Assembly: GCA_951406725.2 (NCBI GenBank) | Contig: OX597819.1 | Coordinates: 73,036,001-73,100,000, forward strand | Direction: 5' to 3' | Origin: Octopus vulgaris | Lineage: Eukaryota | DNA: 64,000 nt | In this document: piece after piece, positions 53,171 through 64,000 of the stretch | How positions within the stretch are numbered: position 1 is the first letter of the stretch | Layout: the number at the start of each line of letters is the position of its first letter | Translations under genes and position numbers: made by a program | The notes under the pieces: generated by a model | What the model saw: the letters and a program-made list of their open reading frames with translations, nothing else | The model's database searches: none | Told to the model about the DNA's origin: nothing

Positions 53171-53480
53171 TTTGAGAGTTATTGGTATCCAGAAGACCCA
53201 AGGTAGCAGGTGACTCCTATTGGAATTTACATAGCACAGACAGGAAGCATTTCTACCACTTCTACACACCACTTTCCCTGGATAATGGAACTGCAACTAT
53301 AACATCTTTATACATTTTTATTTTTATTTCTACATTCATTCTCCTATTTCCTTATACATTCCTTATTTCCATCCTTTTCCAAAATAACTCCTTATGTTGA
53401 ACTCTGATATTTCCCTCTATTTAACCATCTCACATTGTCTCTGATGAAGGGAAATCCCCAGAAACAGCTGTAAGACTAAC
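53171..53480 (+). mobile_element. Penelope-like element 3' end (decayed GIY-YIG C-terminus and UTR)
   Basis: LRVIGIQ...RQEAFLPLLHTTFPG*WN resembles the E..WI..L.T..P.GLN tail of PLE endonucleases and is followed by a hammerhead. Confidence 0.55.
53437..53476 (+). ncRNA. Minimal hammerhead ribozyme
   Basis: GUCU-CUGAUGA-aGGG(aaat)CCCca-GAAAC-AGCU-GUA^AGAC; 4-bp stem I; imperfect base of stem II. Confidence 0.75.
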
Positions 53481-53580
53481 TTTGTGTGTGTGTGTGTAAA
53501 TATATTCTTCAAAATGTAACCACATGTGAATCGTTGGCGATTTTCTTCCTCCGTCTTCCTTTTCTATTGGACTTTCCTCT

Positions 53581-53615
53581 GTTTCTGAAAAAACGTGTTG
53601 CTCGAAATGTTAAAC
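53581..53615 (+). ncRNA. Decayed minimal hammerhead
   Basis: GUUU-CUGAAaA-...gctc-GAAAu-GUU-AAAC; stem I intact, core mutated. Confidence 0.45.
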
Positions 53616-55931
53616 CATCTTTCTTTCCTTCCTTGAGCATCTGCTAATACTTTACATGTACCACGTCCTCGCGTTCTTGTTTTTCTGTGTTTGTTCATCT
53701 TTTTTTTGGTGGGGGGGATTTACTCTGTGTGTGTGTGTATGCATATATATATTATGTTATTATTTGATTGAATGCCACGCATCCATTTCCAAGTATGTGT
53801 GTGTGTGTGCGTGCGTTTGTGTGTGTGTGAATGTGTGTGTGTATGTGCGTGTGTGTGTAAAGTGGTGAGTTGGCAGAATTGTAAGCATGCTAGGCAAACT
53901 GCTTAGAAGCATTTTGCCAGTCTTTATGTTCAGACTTCAAATTCTGCCAAGATCAACTTAGCTGTTCCTCCCATTGGAGTCAATAAAATAAACACCAGTC
54001 GAGCAATGGAGTTGATGTAATTGACTGACCCCAACCCGAAATTGCTGGCCTTGTGCCAAAATTTGAAACATAAACACACACACACATATATATATCCATT
54101 ACAGCTGTATTGAGATTAGTGATGTAAACCGGATGAGACAGAACCCCACATCAGATTCACCATTCTTAATTAATGCTTGAATAGCAAACAGAGTGTGCAT
54201 CAAGTCAAACGATAAACATTATCTTTATGAAGATACAATTATTACTCATATAACTTTAGTAATGTTGCATTAATGGCTATGGGAGGTTTTTCTGTGACAC
54301 CCTCTACAAGTTGTATGTAGCTGGCACAAACCACAAAACTAACGATATAAATGTTAAGAAGCAGAATGAAAAAAAACTTTGAAGATATTAGGACTCACCA
54401 TCCTATATTTCATGACTCTTTAGAAACCTACATATGAAGGAAATGCTAAAGGAATTGAGATTGCCGCCTGTGTGTTACCATTGAAAGGCATTATTCTAAT
54501 GGTACTTCCCTGATAGGAAAACTTTCCATAGACATGTTGTATCATTTGCTTAGATGAAATGTTTGCTTCGTTATATAGGAAACAATGAATAATATATATT
54601 CACTGATATTGCAGAAAGCTTGCCAGGCTGTAATAAACTCAGTGAACGCAATTGATAAATTCATCGCCATCAATGTATCATAGTAAATGTAAATACACCA
54701 TTGAAAGCATGATAGCATTGTTAAGCAAATGACAAACAGGAACATGGCATTCACAAGGTCCAAGTAAGCCAAAACGCATCTGGTGAGTCATTGTTAAGAC
54801 AATATTTGTTTCACTCCGATATACACATTGTGCTTTTAACACGCTGTGCCTATGAAGAGGTATTCTCTCAAAAACTATAACAGGTCCATGAAGAGATTTT
54901 CTCAGACACAAAAGCCACAGCATCATGCCTTTCACTGGTGCAAAGAGCAATTTTGAATTTAATGCTGTTTCAGTTGTGTTCACATTAACATTTATTTTAA
55001 TTACATTATTAATGACATTATTTACTTCAATCGTTTTTTTCTGTCACCATAGTTGTAAAATTTCCTAGAACTGACTTTTGTCAAAAAATCCTGAAGAATT
55101 ATGATTCTTGAAAATTTATTCTTGTAAGTTTTTTTTTTAAAATTAAAACACAAAGCAAGAAGATATTCTAGTCAAAATACACTCACAAAAGTACTTATTT
55201 TTGATTTCGAAAATTAAAATTGGGAGAACACGGCGTATGATTACAAAAATATTCTGAAGATTAAAGCAAAGGAAGACAGTTTTATTTCAACAAATGTGAT
55301 CAAAGAAGGCTAACTGAACAAATTCTGATTATTTTGAAAATTAAATTAAAACTGTAATGCGGCGAACCCAATAAAAAAAATGAATAGAGTTATAAGTGCA
55401 AAGGCGTTCCAAGGGAGATAATTCGAAAATTTTTTATTCAAGGTTATGTAACTTGGATCGTTTTTATCTAGCATTTGTTAATACGTATTTGATTTTATGA
55501 TAATAACGAGCATATTGCGTACAAAGCTCTGGTACACTACAACTGATCGGAAAAGAGGAGACAGAAAGCAGCCATATATACGTCAAGTAAAGAAAGACAA
55601 CATTGAAAGCTAGAAGTACATGCACAGTACATAGAATAAAACAGAAAAAGAGAGAAAAGTGATGAGGGAAGGATGGAATATCAGAAAGATGCAATGATCT
55701 GACAGCTAAAATTTGATGCGGATAGTTTATTCTATCCTTCGACAATTTTGAATGTGAAAAAATGCTTCAAAAATTCGTGCAGGCTCGGGAACAGAGGGGT
55801 GCATACCTCCTAACATTGGGAAGGGACATTGAAAACGCTTTGAACATTTTGAAAAACTGTGTTTGCATCTCCCCACCCCCAAACAAATTTCATTCCTGCA
55901 CTTAGGGAAAGTCATGCGTGCTGCACTTTTT

Positions 55932-56348
55932 GGATCTTTTCAGCTTGAACGGCAGTTTTTAACATAAGTTCTAGGTAACTAAAAATTTTTAAACTTCGTA
56001 TATTGGTAGAATGTGTTTATAAAACATCTTTTTCTCTTGGCTTTATTGAGAAAATTCTATACTTTGTAAGATATTTGTTGTTTTTTTTCTTCAATTTCTG
56101 CAATTTCAACCAATCAATGACGTCCATTGAGGTAAAAAAACATTCAGTGCCATATGAATATGTCCCTCGTTTAAGAAACAGATTGGGTTTATTTACATTT
56201 GTGAAGAAAAAATATACCCTTTCCCACACCCCTAACCCTAACCCTAAAACAGATTGAAATGCAATAGATCGATACTAGGGTCAGAATTATGGGTGACAAT
56301 TTCATATGACACCGCTAGAAAAAACTGCTATTCAAACCGAAAAGATCC
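55932..56348. mobile_element. MITE with ~29-bp TIRs and 8-bp TSD (Merlin-like), with internal (CCCTAA) repeats
   Basis: TIRs ggatcttttcagcttgaacggcagttttt / aaaaactgctattcaaaccgaaaagatcc; TSD cacttttt at 55924-55931 and 56349-56356. Confidence 0.8.
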
Positions 56349-57639
56349 CACTTTTTTTATAAGCATGCCTAGGATTAGCAGAGGTATTGAATGGGAAAAG
56401 GTGGCAAAAGTTGTTGTTGTTGGAAAGATGGTGGATAACCTTGTGGAATTCTACCATGTCATCTGATAGATGTGGAAAATTCAGAATGTCAAAGCTCAGA
56501 GAAGCAAGATGTTCAAGACAGGGTGACTGATTCATCTGGTTACATGTCTCCGGATAGCTTCCAATAGATCGATATTCTGGAGAAGATTAAGCTTCCAGAC
56601 TAAAGATGAAGTGTGACTGTACCATAGCCATATTCAGCTCTGAATAGAAAACTGGTGATTAGCTGATGAGGATCGTACTGATGCTAAGGCAAAGAATAGT
56701 TTCGGTGCCCAATTGAAGTTATTCCCTCGATTTGCAATGTAAAATCACTTGAGAAAATACACAAGGAATACAACCTTCCATCACTTCTACTTCAGAAATA
56801 TTGGACTTAGACAAAAGCTCTAGATAATGCCATTGCTGTTTCTTTTCCATCAAAATGAAAACAAAAGCTAAATATGTGGTATTAGAATTGACTACAAGTA
56901 AGTTTCAGTTTTTTCATACACCCGACATGGACTGTACTTCACAGATTTTACTTCTGAAAACTGCAAATGTTGAAATATAATTTTGCAGCGATGTGTTTTC
57001 GAGGGTGTAGAGAACAATTATGTTGATAAAATTAATGAAAAAATAAATTTCAGGGCAATTAGCATTTTCCATTTTCTTTTCTTCACCACCACCCCCGCTT
57101 TTGGGGCGGGGCAGGAGGTCTGATTTATATGTTTGGAACATCAACACTACGTAATCCACACTCTTGTAAAACTATCTCTGTTGCATTTCAAAGAGAGTTA
57201 TGAGGAAATGAAGTTAGGAGATGAACCCACAATTTTTTTCCCCCAGTTATCTCCATAATTGTAATCTACTCTCTCGAAAATGTACTCTGCAAAATTTCAT
57301 CCAAAAGTGCATTCTTCGGAAGAGCTGTGAGGAAACAAAACACAGTGGGGTCACCAATCTGTTGTATGTGTGGTATTGCAAGAAACGAGAATCACACAGA
57401 GTTGTACGGTATCTGAGCAATTTAGACAATAAGCTCATTACACAATACATGTGTGTGTGTAAGTGCACACACACACACACGCGCACAACGATAACAGCAT
57501 TTATTGTTACTATTTCAATAAACAGTTCTTTAAATTTTGTTTGTGTTTAATATTAATAATAAGAGGGAAGTATAAGCATATAATTGACGAGGTATTTTTA
57601 ACTATGCTAAATAACCACCTTTCTGTGTTTTTGCAGATA

Positions 57640-60422
57640 CGAGCGGGCCTCTCCTCGTTACATATGACTTGTATTGAATGTCTGAGTGCACCATGGTTCT
57701 AATAGTCTACTCAGACACCCGAAGTTCATATATCATGGCCCTCGTTAATTTTCCAAGAACATCATCGATGATATCTTGAGCCCATTGGATGAACTGCGTT
57801 CTGTGGTGTTGATGATGACAGAATCGGTTGAGTGACCGCTAGCAATATATACACATGACCATGTCAACACTTCTACTTGGAGCTGTTTACCGCCCACCAA
57901 ATTATCGTCAAGACACACAACTTTTTGATATCCTCAGAGTTGCAGCCATGAAAACAGCAACTTATGTTTATATTGCAGGGGACTTCAATTTCCCTGAGAT
58001 TGACTGAGAGGCCTTCCATTGACCGCAAAGTGCAGACGATTTCCTTGAACTGGTGCTGAATTCAAACTGGTTCCAAGTTGTTACCTCCCCCAAGGGGTAA
58101 CAACACTTTGGATCTGCTATTTACCGCTTCTCCTGAAACAATTATTAGTGTCACTACTGAAGAACCTTTAGGTGATTCTGATCATTCCATGATCATGGCC
58201 AACTTGTCTCTGATTGGTTGTAACAAAAACCACAACCATCTTCAAACTGCCTGCTTTGACTGGAATAAAGCAGACTGGAACTCTTATTGTACCGAGCTGC
58301 GGCGCCCAAACTGGTTTGAATTTCATGCCTCTGGAGATGTGAACACTATACTACAGAACATTCTGAATTCAATATGGACGGCATGTGCAGCATCGGTACC
58401 ACGCAAACACAAAAAAACACCCAATAGTGCAATTTGGGAGCCTGCAGCAGTCCGACTTGCCAGGAAAGAACGTCGTAATACTGAACAGGAATACAAAATG
58501 CACAAATCAGAGATCGACAGGAAAAAGCGCAATAGCTCATCCAACCATCACAAGCAGGTGACAAAAAAGGCAGTGCTTGAATTTGAACAGCACATAGCAA
58601 CCAACCCTGACAGCAAAGTTTTCTGGAAGTATGTACATTCAAAACAGAGACCTCACTCTCCAGTTGGCCCCCTTCGCAATCCCCACACAGGCCAGATTAC
58701 TGACAATCCCAAAGAATGTGCAGAAATCGTTGCTGGATGCTATGCAGGTATCTTTACTATCGAAGATCAAAATGTTCCATGAAAATGTTACACCGGCAAT
58801 GCTACAATCCCACCTTAAGAATAAATATCCTGGTCTCGATGGTGTTACATACCTACTTCTCAAATGCGGTGGGTACTTTCTTCTCAACCAACTTTCACTA
58901 TTCTTTCAATTCTCTCTTGACAATGGTGTTACTCCAGAGCAGTGGAAAACTGCCAGTATTATCCCTCTGTTCAAAAAAGGTGACCGCACATTGCCTGTCA
59001 ACTATTGCCCCGTCAGTCTTACTAGCTGCATCACCAAACTGATGGAATCCTGTATCAGAGAAACCCTCTGGAACTTCTGGAAGTCTCACAGCCTCATCCA
59101 GCCATCACAATTTGGATTTATTCCTAACGCCAGCTGCTGTAATCAACTTATCGAGTTTCTTGAGGACATTACCCGAATCACTGATGGCAGCTCCTGGGTG
59201 GATATTGTTTACCTGGACTTTGCTAAGGCTTTTAATTCTGTGCCACACAAAAGACTTATGGTGAAACTCTCTGCAATGGGTGTAAGAGATAATCTCTATA
59301 ACTGGTTGAAGGCCTTCATTATCGGCCGAAAAGAGGTTGTCACAGTTCTAAGACAGCATCTTCACCCTATGAGATGACATCTGGTGTACCACAGGGATCT
59401 ATTCTTGGCTCCCTCTAATTTGTTGCATATGTTAATGACATAGATGCCAACTTAAAGAATGCCACAGTGATGAAATATGCAGATGACATCAAGCTGTACC
59501 TCAAAATAAAGAGGACAGATACTGTACACTATAGATCTTTATTGCAATCAGACCTGGACACAATGCAGCAGTGGATCATGGATTGGCAACTCAAGCTGGC
59601 TGTGGACAAATGTACCACCATGCATTTTGGGAGGAAAAACCCAGCGTCTACTTACTCCCTCCACAACACTAATCTCAAAAAGTCTTCTTCTGAACATGAC
59701 CTGGGCATTATTGTCAACAGCAATTTGCGTTGGACAAAACACATTGCAAAAATTCCCAAAAAGGCTGCTGAGGGTATCTTGGCATCACTAACCAAGTCCT
59801 TTGTTAGCTGCTCTCCGGCTATCTATCTGAGGCTTTATATAGCTATGGTGTGGCCTCACCTGGAATTTGCATCACCGGTCTGGAACCACTATCTTGCCCA
59901 GGATATTAATCGTCTGGAAACCATTCAGCGACATGCAACCGAGAGAATACCCTCCATCAGGCATTTGCCATATTCTGAACGCCTTACTTCCCTGGGCATG
60001 GATACATTGAAACTCCAACGTCTGGTAGCTGACTTGGCAGACACCCATAAAATTATTAACCATCTGAGCACCTTTTCAAACACCACCTGTCTAACACCCG
60101 TGGACATGTTTACAAAGTCAGAAAGCAGCACAGCTCCCATGACTTTCGGAAACATTTTTTAATGCTAAGAGTTGCTAAAACATGGAACAAACTGCTGGTA
60201 TCAGTTGTTAGTTGTCAGAGCACTGCATCCTTCAAAACTTCCATGCTTCCTGAGATTCACCAACACTACACCTGATTTTCTCCCCTCCTTACACACGCAA
60301 GCATGTATCTGACTCATAGACTGTTCACTTTCCAAACATTTCTACATTACTGCATATGCTTTATACGCACTTTTGACAAGTTGTGGTGCACCTGAGCATT
60401 GTATACAATAATTTCATTATTA
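57640..60422 (+). mobile_element. CR1/L2-group LINE, degenerate ORF2 (APE and RT) with 3' UTR
   Basis: GDFNFPEID, RGNNTLDLL, SDH, YLDFAKAFNSVPH, SGVPQGSILG, KYADDIK, PHLEFASPVW motifs; frameshifts and stops. Confidence 0.93.
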
Positions 60423-61309
60423 TATATTATTTTAATATCTTGGTGCACAACATCTTATCACACGCTTTGTTCCGAGTTCAATTTCTGCAGGAGTTATCTA
60501 TTTTATTTAGTTCTTACCGAGATCGTTAAAGTAATTACCAGCAAAGGATTGATTTATTCATGTGAACCGTCTCCTAAAATGTGTGACATATTGTTAAAAC
60601 TCAATATTGCTTCGTTCGCGATAAGCGTGTCACAAATTTTTGCGAAGTATTTTCCCTTGTTAAAAGTAAATTTCTCTGAAGTCGTTATCGATGGAGGGGA
60701 AATAACTCCCTGCTTTCATTCCAAGGGACATAATCGTAAAGCAAACTTTCCCCCCCACCCTTTTCTATTTTTTCTACCGAAGAATATCGTCCAAAATCCG
60801 ATATTGATAGCCATATAAAAAAATATGACAAATGTAAAGGCCCGTGAAATTACTTCGCGATAAGGGATCTCGCTGCCATTATGCACATATTCACACTATT
60901 AACAACACTAAACTTCAATTATTAAATTCACTTATTTCTAATCTCTCCTTGGAAAATTGCTTTTGTTCTTCTTCTTTGTACTTCGCCAAGGATCCAGTAA
61001 CCAGTTTGATAACGTCCACGTTCCAACAACAGCTTTATTCGCCGTCTTGAATTCAATATCTTTATCATTCTTAGACGTTTACAAAATTACGAAGCAGTGC
61101 CGCACCCATGACTTTCAGAAACATTTTTTTTTCTTCATGCTCAGAATTGTGAAAGTATGGTATAAACTTCCATGGCTCCTCCCCCAAAATTTCGGGCCTC
61201 GTGCCAAGAGTAGAAAAAAATGAACATATGGATACAACTAATCCAGTGGTACTCATAAAAAAAGCTCCTTAACTGATCATTCTACAAAACACACCGTATA
61301 TATAGTACA

Positions 61310-61835
61310 ATCATCATCATCATCATCATTTAACGTCTGTTTTCCATGCTGGCTTGGGTTGGACAATTTGATTGAGGTCTGGAGAGCCAGCAGCTGCATC
61401 AGGCTCCAACTTGATCTGGCAATGTTTTTATAGCTGGATGCCCTTTCTAACACCAACCACTCCAAGAGTGTGGTGGGTGTTTTTTACATGCTATCAACAC
61501 AGGAGCCAGTCAGGCAGGCCTGGCATCAATCACGTTCAAATAGTGCTTTTTATGTGCCACCAGCTTGGGAGCCAGTCAGTGGGTACTGGTATCGGCCACA
61601 TTCAGATGATGTTTTTCATGTGCCAGTCGGACGGACCTGGCATTGACCATGTTCAGATGGTGCTTTTTACATGCCACCAGCAGGGTAGCCATGTTTGGAT
61701 GACACATTTTATGTGCCACTAGAATGGGAGCTAGTCAGGGGGCACTGACCATGGCTACGATTTTGGTTTTACTTAATTCAGCAGGTCTTCTCAAGCATAA
61801 CATATCGCTTGACGCATCAAGGGTACTCTTAAATG
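61310..61835 (-). mobile_element. RTE 3' UTR-derived repeat with about six internal ~58-bp units
   Basis: (CAT)n start, repeated gatggtgctttttacatgccaccagca units; same family as 1645-2010. Confidence 0.8.
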
Positions 61836-62014
61836 GGTCAGATATTACTTAAGTAAAATATAAGGAGTGTGTCAATTTATAAATAAAGAGAAAAATTTTT
61901 TACCATTGGATATTTGTATTTAACAACAATTGTTTCACAAGACATTATGTTGAAATATCATTTTAAACATGACAAGCAAGCTTAATATCTGCATTAATTT
62001 TTAAATTGCATATA

Positions 62015-62866
62015 CAGGATGCGGTGAATGAATTGTCATCTAAATTATGCAAAATGAAAATAACACTGACATCTCATTTTAACAGATATATTTACCAAAA
62101 CTACATAAAAATATCTTGAAATACAAAAGAGTAATTTTATTCAATAAAATCACCATTGGCTTCAACCACAGCCTCCAGACGTCTGCAGAATCTCCTGCAA
62201 CTCTTCTGGATGGTCTCCTTGTTTAAGTTGGTGAATGCTGCCATAATCCTTGCCTTCGGTTCATCTGTGTTGTTACAAGGAGTTTTGTTGGTCTCTCACT
62301 CAACAGCGCCCCATGCATAATAATCAAGGGGGTTGTAGTCAAGGCAGTTAGGTGTAATGTAGTCACAGAAATTGTCTGACAGCCATGACTGGGTTCGCCT
62401 GCTTGTGTGGCATGGTGCAGAGTCCTGTTGCCAGACATAGGGTCTTCCAGTAGACATCCCCTTGACCCAGGGCAGCACTACCTCCTCCAGGCATTTAATG
62501 TAGGCCTCTGTGTTGAATCTGAGGCCATGTGGGAAGATGAATGGAAGCATAACGTCACCATCACTAGTGATCACTCTAAATACCATGATGTTGACTGGAG
62601 GTTTGATTTTTATTACTCTCAGTACGTGTTTTGGGGACACAGCAAGCCAATGGTTGTTCAGTATGTTCACCATCTGTTCATATTGGAGCTTCCAGCACAA
62701 ATGCCAAGCAGCACAGCATGTTGTTTCCAAATTTCTGTCAGAGTGAATTGCATCATGGTGCCCAACTGCCCCGACTATACTGTGTAGTCAACAAAATCAA
62801 AAACAAACAATGCACATGTGTGAAATTAAAAATATAAAATGGCAACAATTTGCCCATTGCACCCAG
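62015..62866 (-). mobile_element. Internally deleted Tc1/mariner (maT/DD37D-like) transposon
   Basis: TA-flanked imperfect TIRs; VWQQDSAPCHT...DYNPLDYYAWG motif, where the third catalytic residue is D. Confidence 0.85.
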
Positions 62867-63016
62867 TATATTAATACAGACATATAAGTAATCTATTGAT
62901 TATTATCATATATGATCAAATAAATTATTTATACACCTTTATTATGCGACAAAACAATTTACCCAATGCTAAAATAAATTTCATCATAGTATATTTCTCT
63001 CTTTAATTATAATATT

Positions 63017-63089
<73 letters not shown>

Positions 63090-63627
63090 TATCATTGTGG
63101 CACTTCATCGGTTATGATGACGAGGGTCCTAGCTGATATGATCAGTGGAACAGCTTGCTCATGAAATTAACATGCAAGTGGCTGAGCACTCCACAGACAC
63201 GTGTACCCTTAACATACACATGCACATAGCTACATACGTACATAAATGCATGTATACATACATACATATATACACCCATACATACAAACATACATAGATG
63301 CACACACATACATACAAGCATACATACATACACATACATACAACCACATATACATACATACACACATACATACATGCAATCACATACACATACATACATA
63401 CATACACATACATATTTGTAGAATCTCATGAAATTTCTAAAATGTCTGATATTGAATGAACTCTTACAAACTTTTCTCTACAGAATGACATTTTATTCTG
63501 CAGGCTTTCATGACATCCCCATGTCAATATTTTGAACCCCTCCTCTAAATTTGGAGCCTCTTATCTGAAGTAGAATCCCTTATCTAATGAATTATCAGAT
63601 GAATTCATTCTTTCTTTTTTTTTTCAT

Positions 63628-64000
63628 AGGCATAAGCGTGGCTGTGTGGTAAGAAACTTGCTTCCCAACCACGTGGTTCCAGGTTCAATCCCACTACCTT
63701 GCACATTGAGCAAGTGCCTTCCACTATAGCCTCAGGCTGCCCAAAGCCTTGTGAGTGAATTTAGTAGATGGAAAATGAAAGAAGCTCATCATCTATGTGT
63801 TTGAAAGTGTATGTCTGTGTGTGTGTGTGTCTGTGTGTGTCTGTGTGTGTGTATGTGTCTTTTTATCTGTTTTTGTCACCACCTCACCCCACTGCTCGAC
63901 AACCGGTGTTGGTGTGTTTATGTTCCTATAACTTAAAAGTTCAATAGAGTAAGTACCAGGCTTCATGTTTGACTAATCCCTTGAGGGTAACGGTCCCTTG
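63628..64000 (+). mobile_element. SINE family A
   Basis: ggcataagcgtggctgtgtggtaagaaacttgcttcccaaccacgtggttccaggttcaatccc head. Confidence 0.85.

Noticed and set aside
56229-56248. Chromosome-end or fusion telomere relic
   Set aside because: Only about three units and internal to a TIR/TSD-bounded MITE
56663-56705. CTGATGAG motif as a hammerhead
   Set aside because: No same-strand stem II, GAAA and NUH downstream
58078-60162. Three adjacent 231-248 aa ORFs as host genes or an RT-based defence operon
   Set aside because: Frameshifted pieces of a single CR1-type LINE ORF2

Overview
Eukaryotic, AT-rich, repeat-dense animal DNA. The (TA)n/(CA)n arrays, tRNA-SINE families, RTE LINEs and intronless poly-C2H2 gene suggest an octopus or other coleoid cephalopod (inference). 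Two convergent genes are supported: (1) the last five coding exons of THOC7 on + (1150-32918), with all splice sites and phases consistent; (2) a single-coding-exon gene with 17 C2H2 zinc fingers on - (CDS 36136-37950), with a probable non-coding first exon and promoter near 46.1-46.5 kb. The rest is transposon debris: RTE, CR1 and R4/RLE-type LINEs, Tc1/mariner, piggyBac-like and Merlin-like MITEs, Helentron-associated elements and many SINEs. Notable unannotated signals are several minimal hammerhead ribozymes of Penelope type. One lies in a tRNA-headed SINE-like unit arranged as a head-to-head palindrome, and one has an intact core and a ~86-nt base-paired stem II. There is also a run of long fold-back inverted repeats in THOC7 introns, inverted MITEs flanking an in-frame 195-nt exon block, and a period-2 recognition code in the zinc-finger protein. 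Most short ORFs in the supplied track are repeat or microsatellite artefacts.
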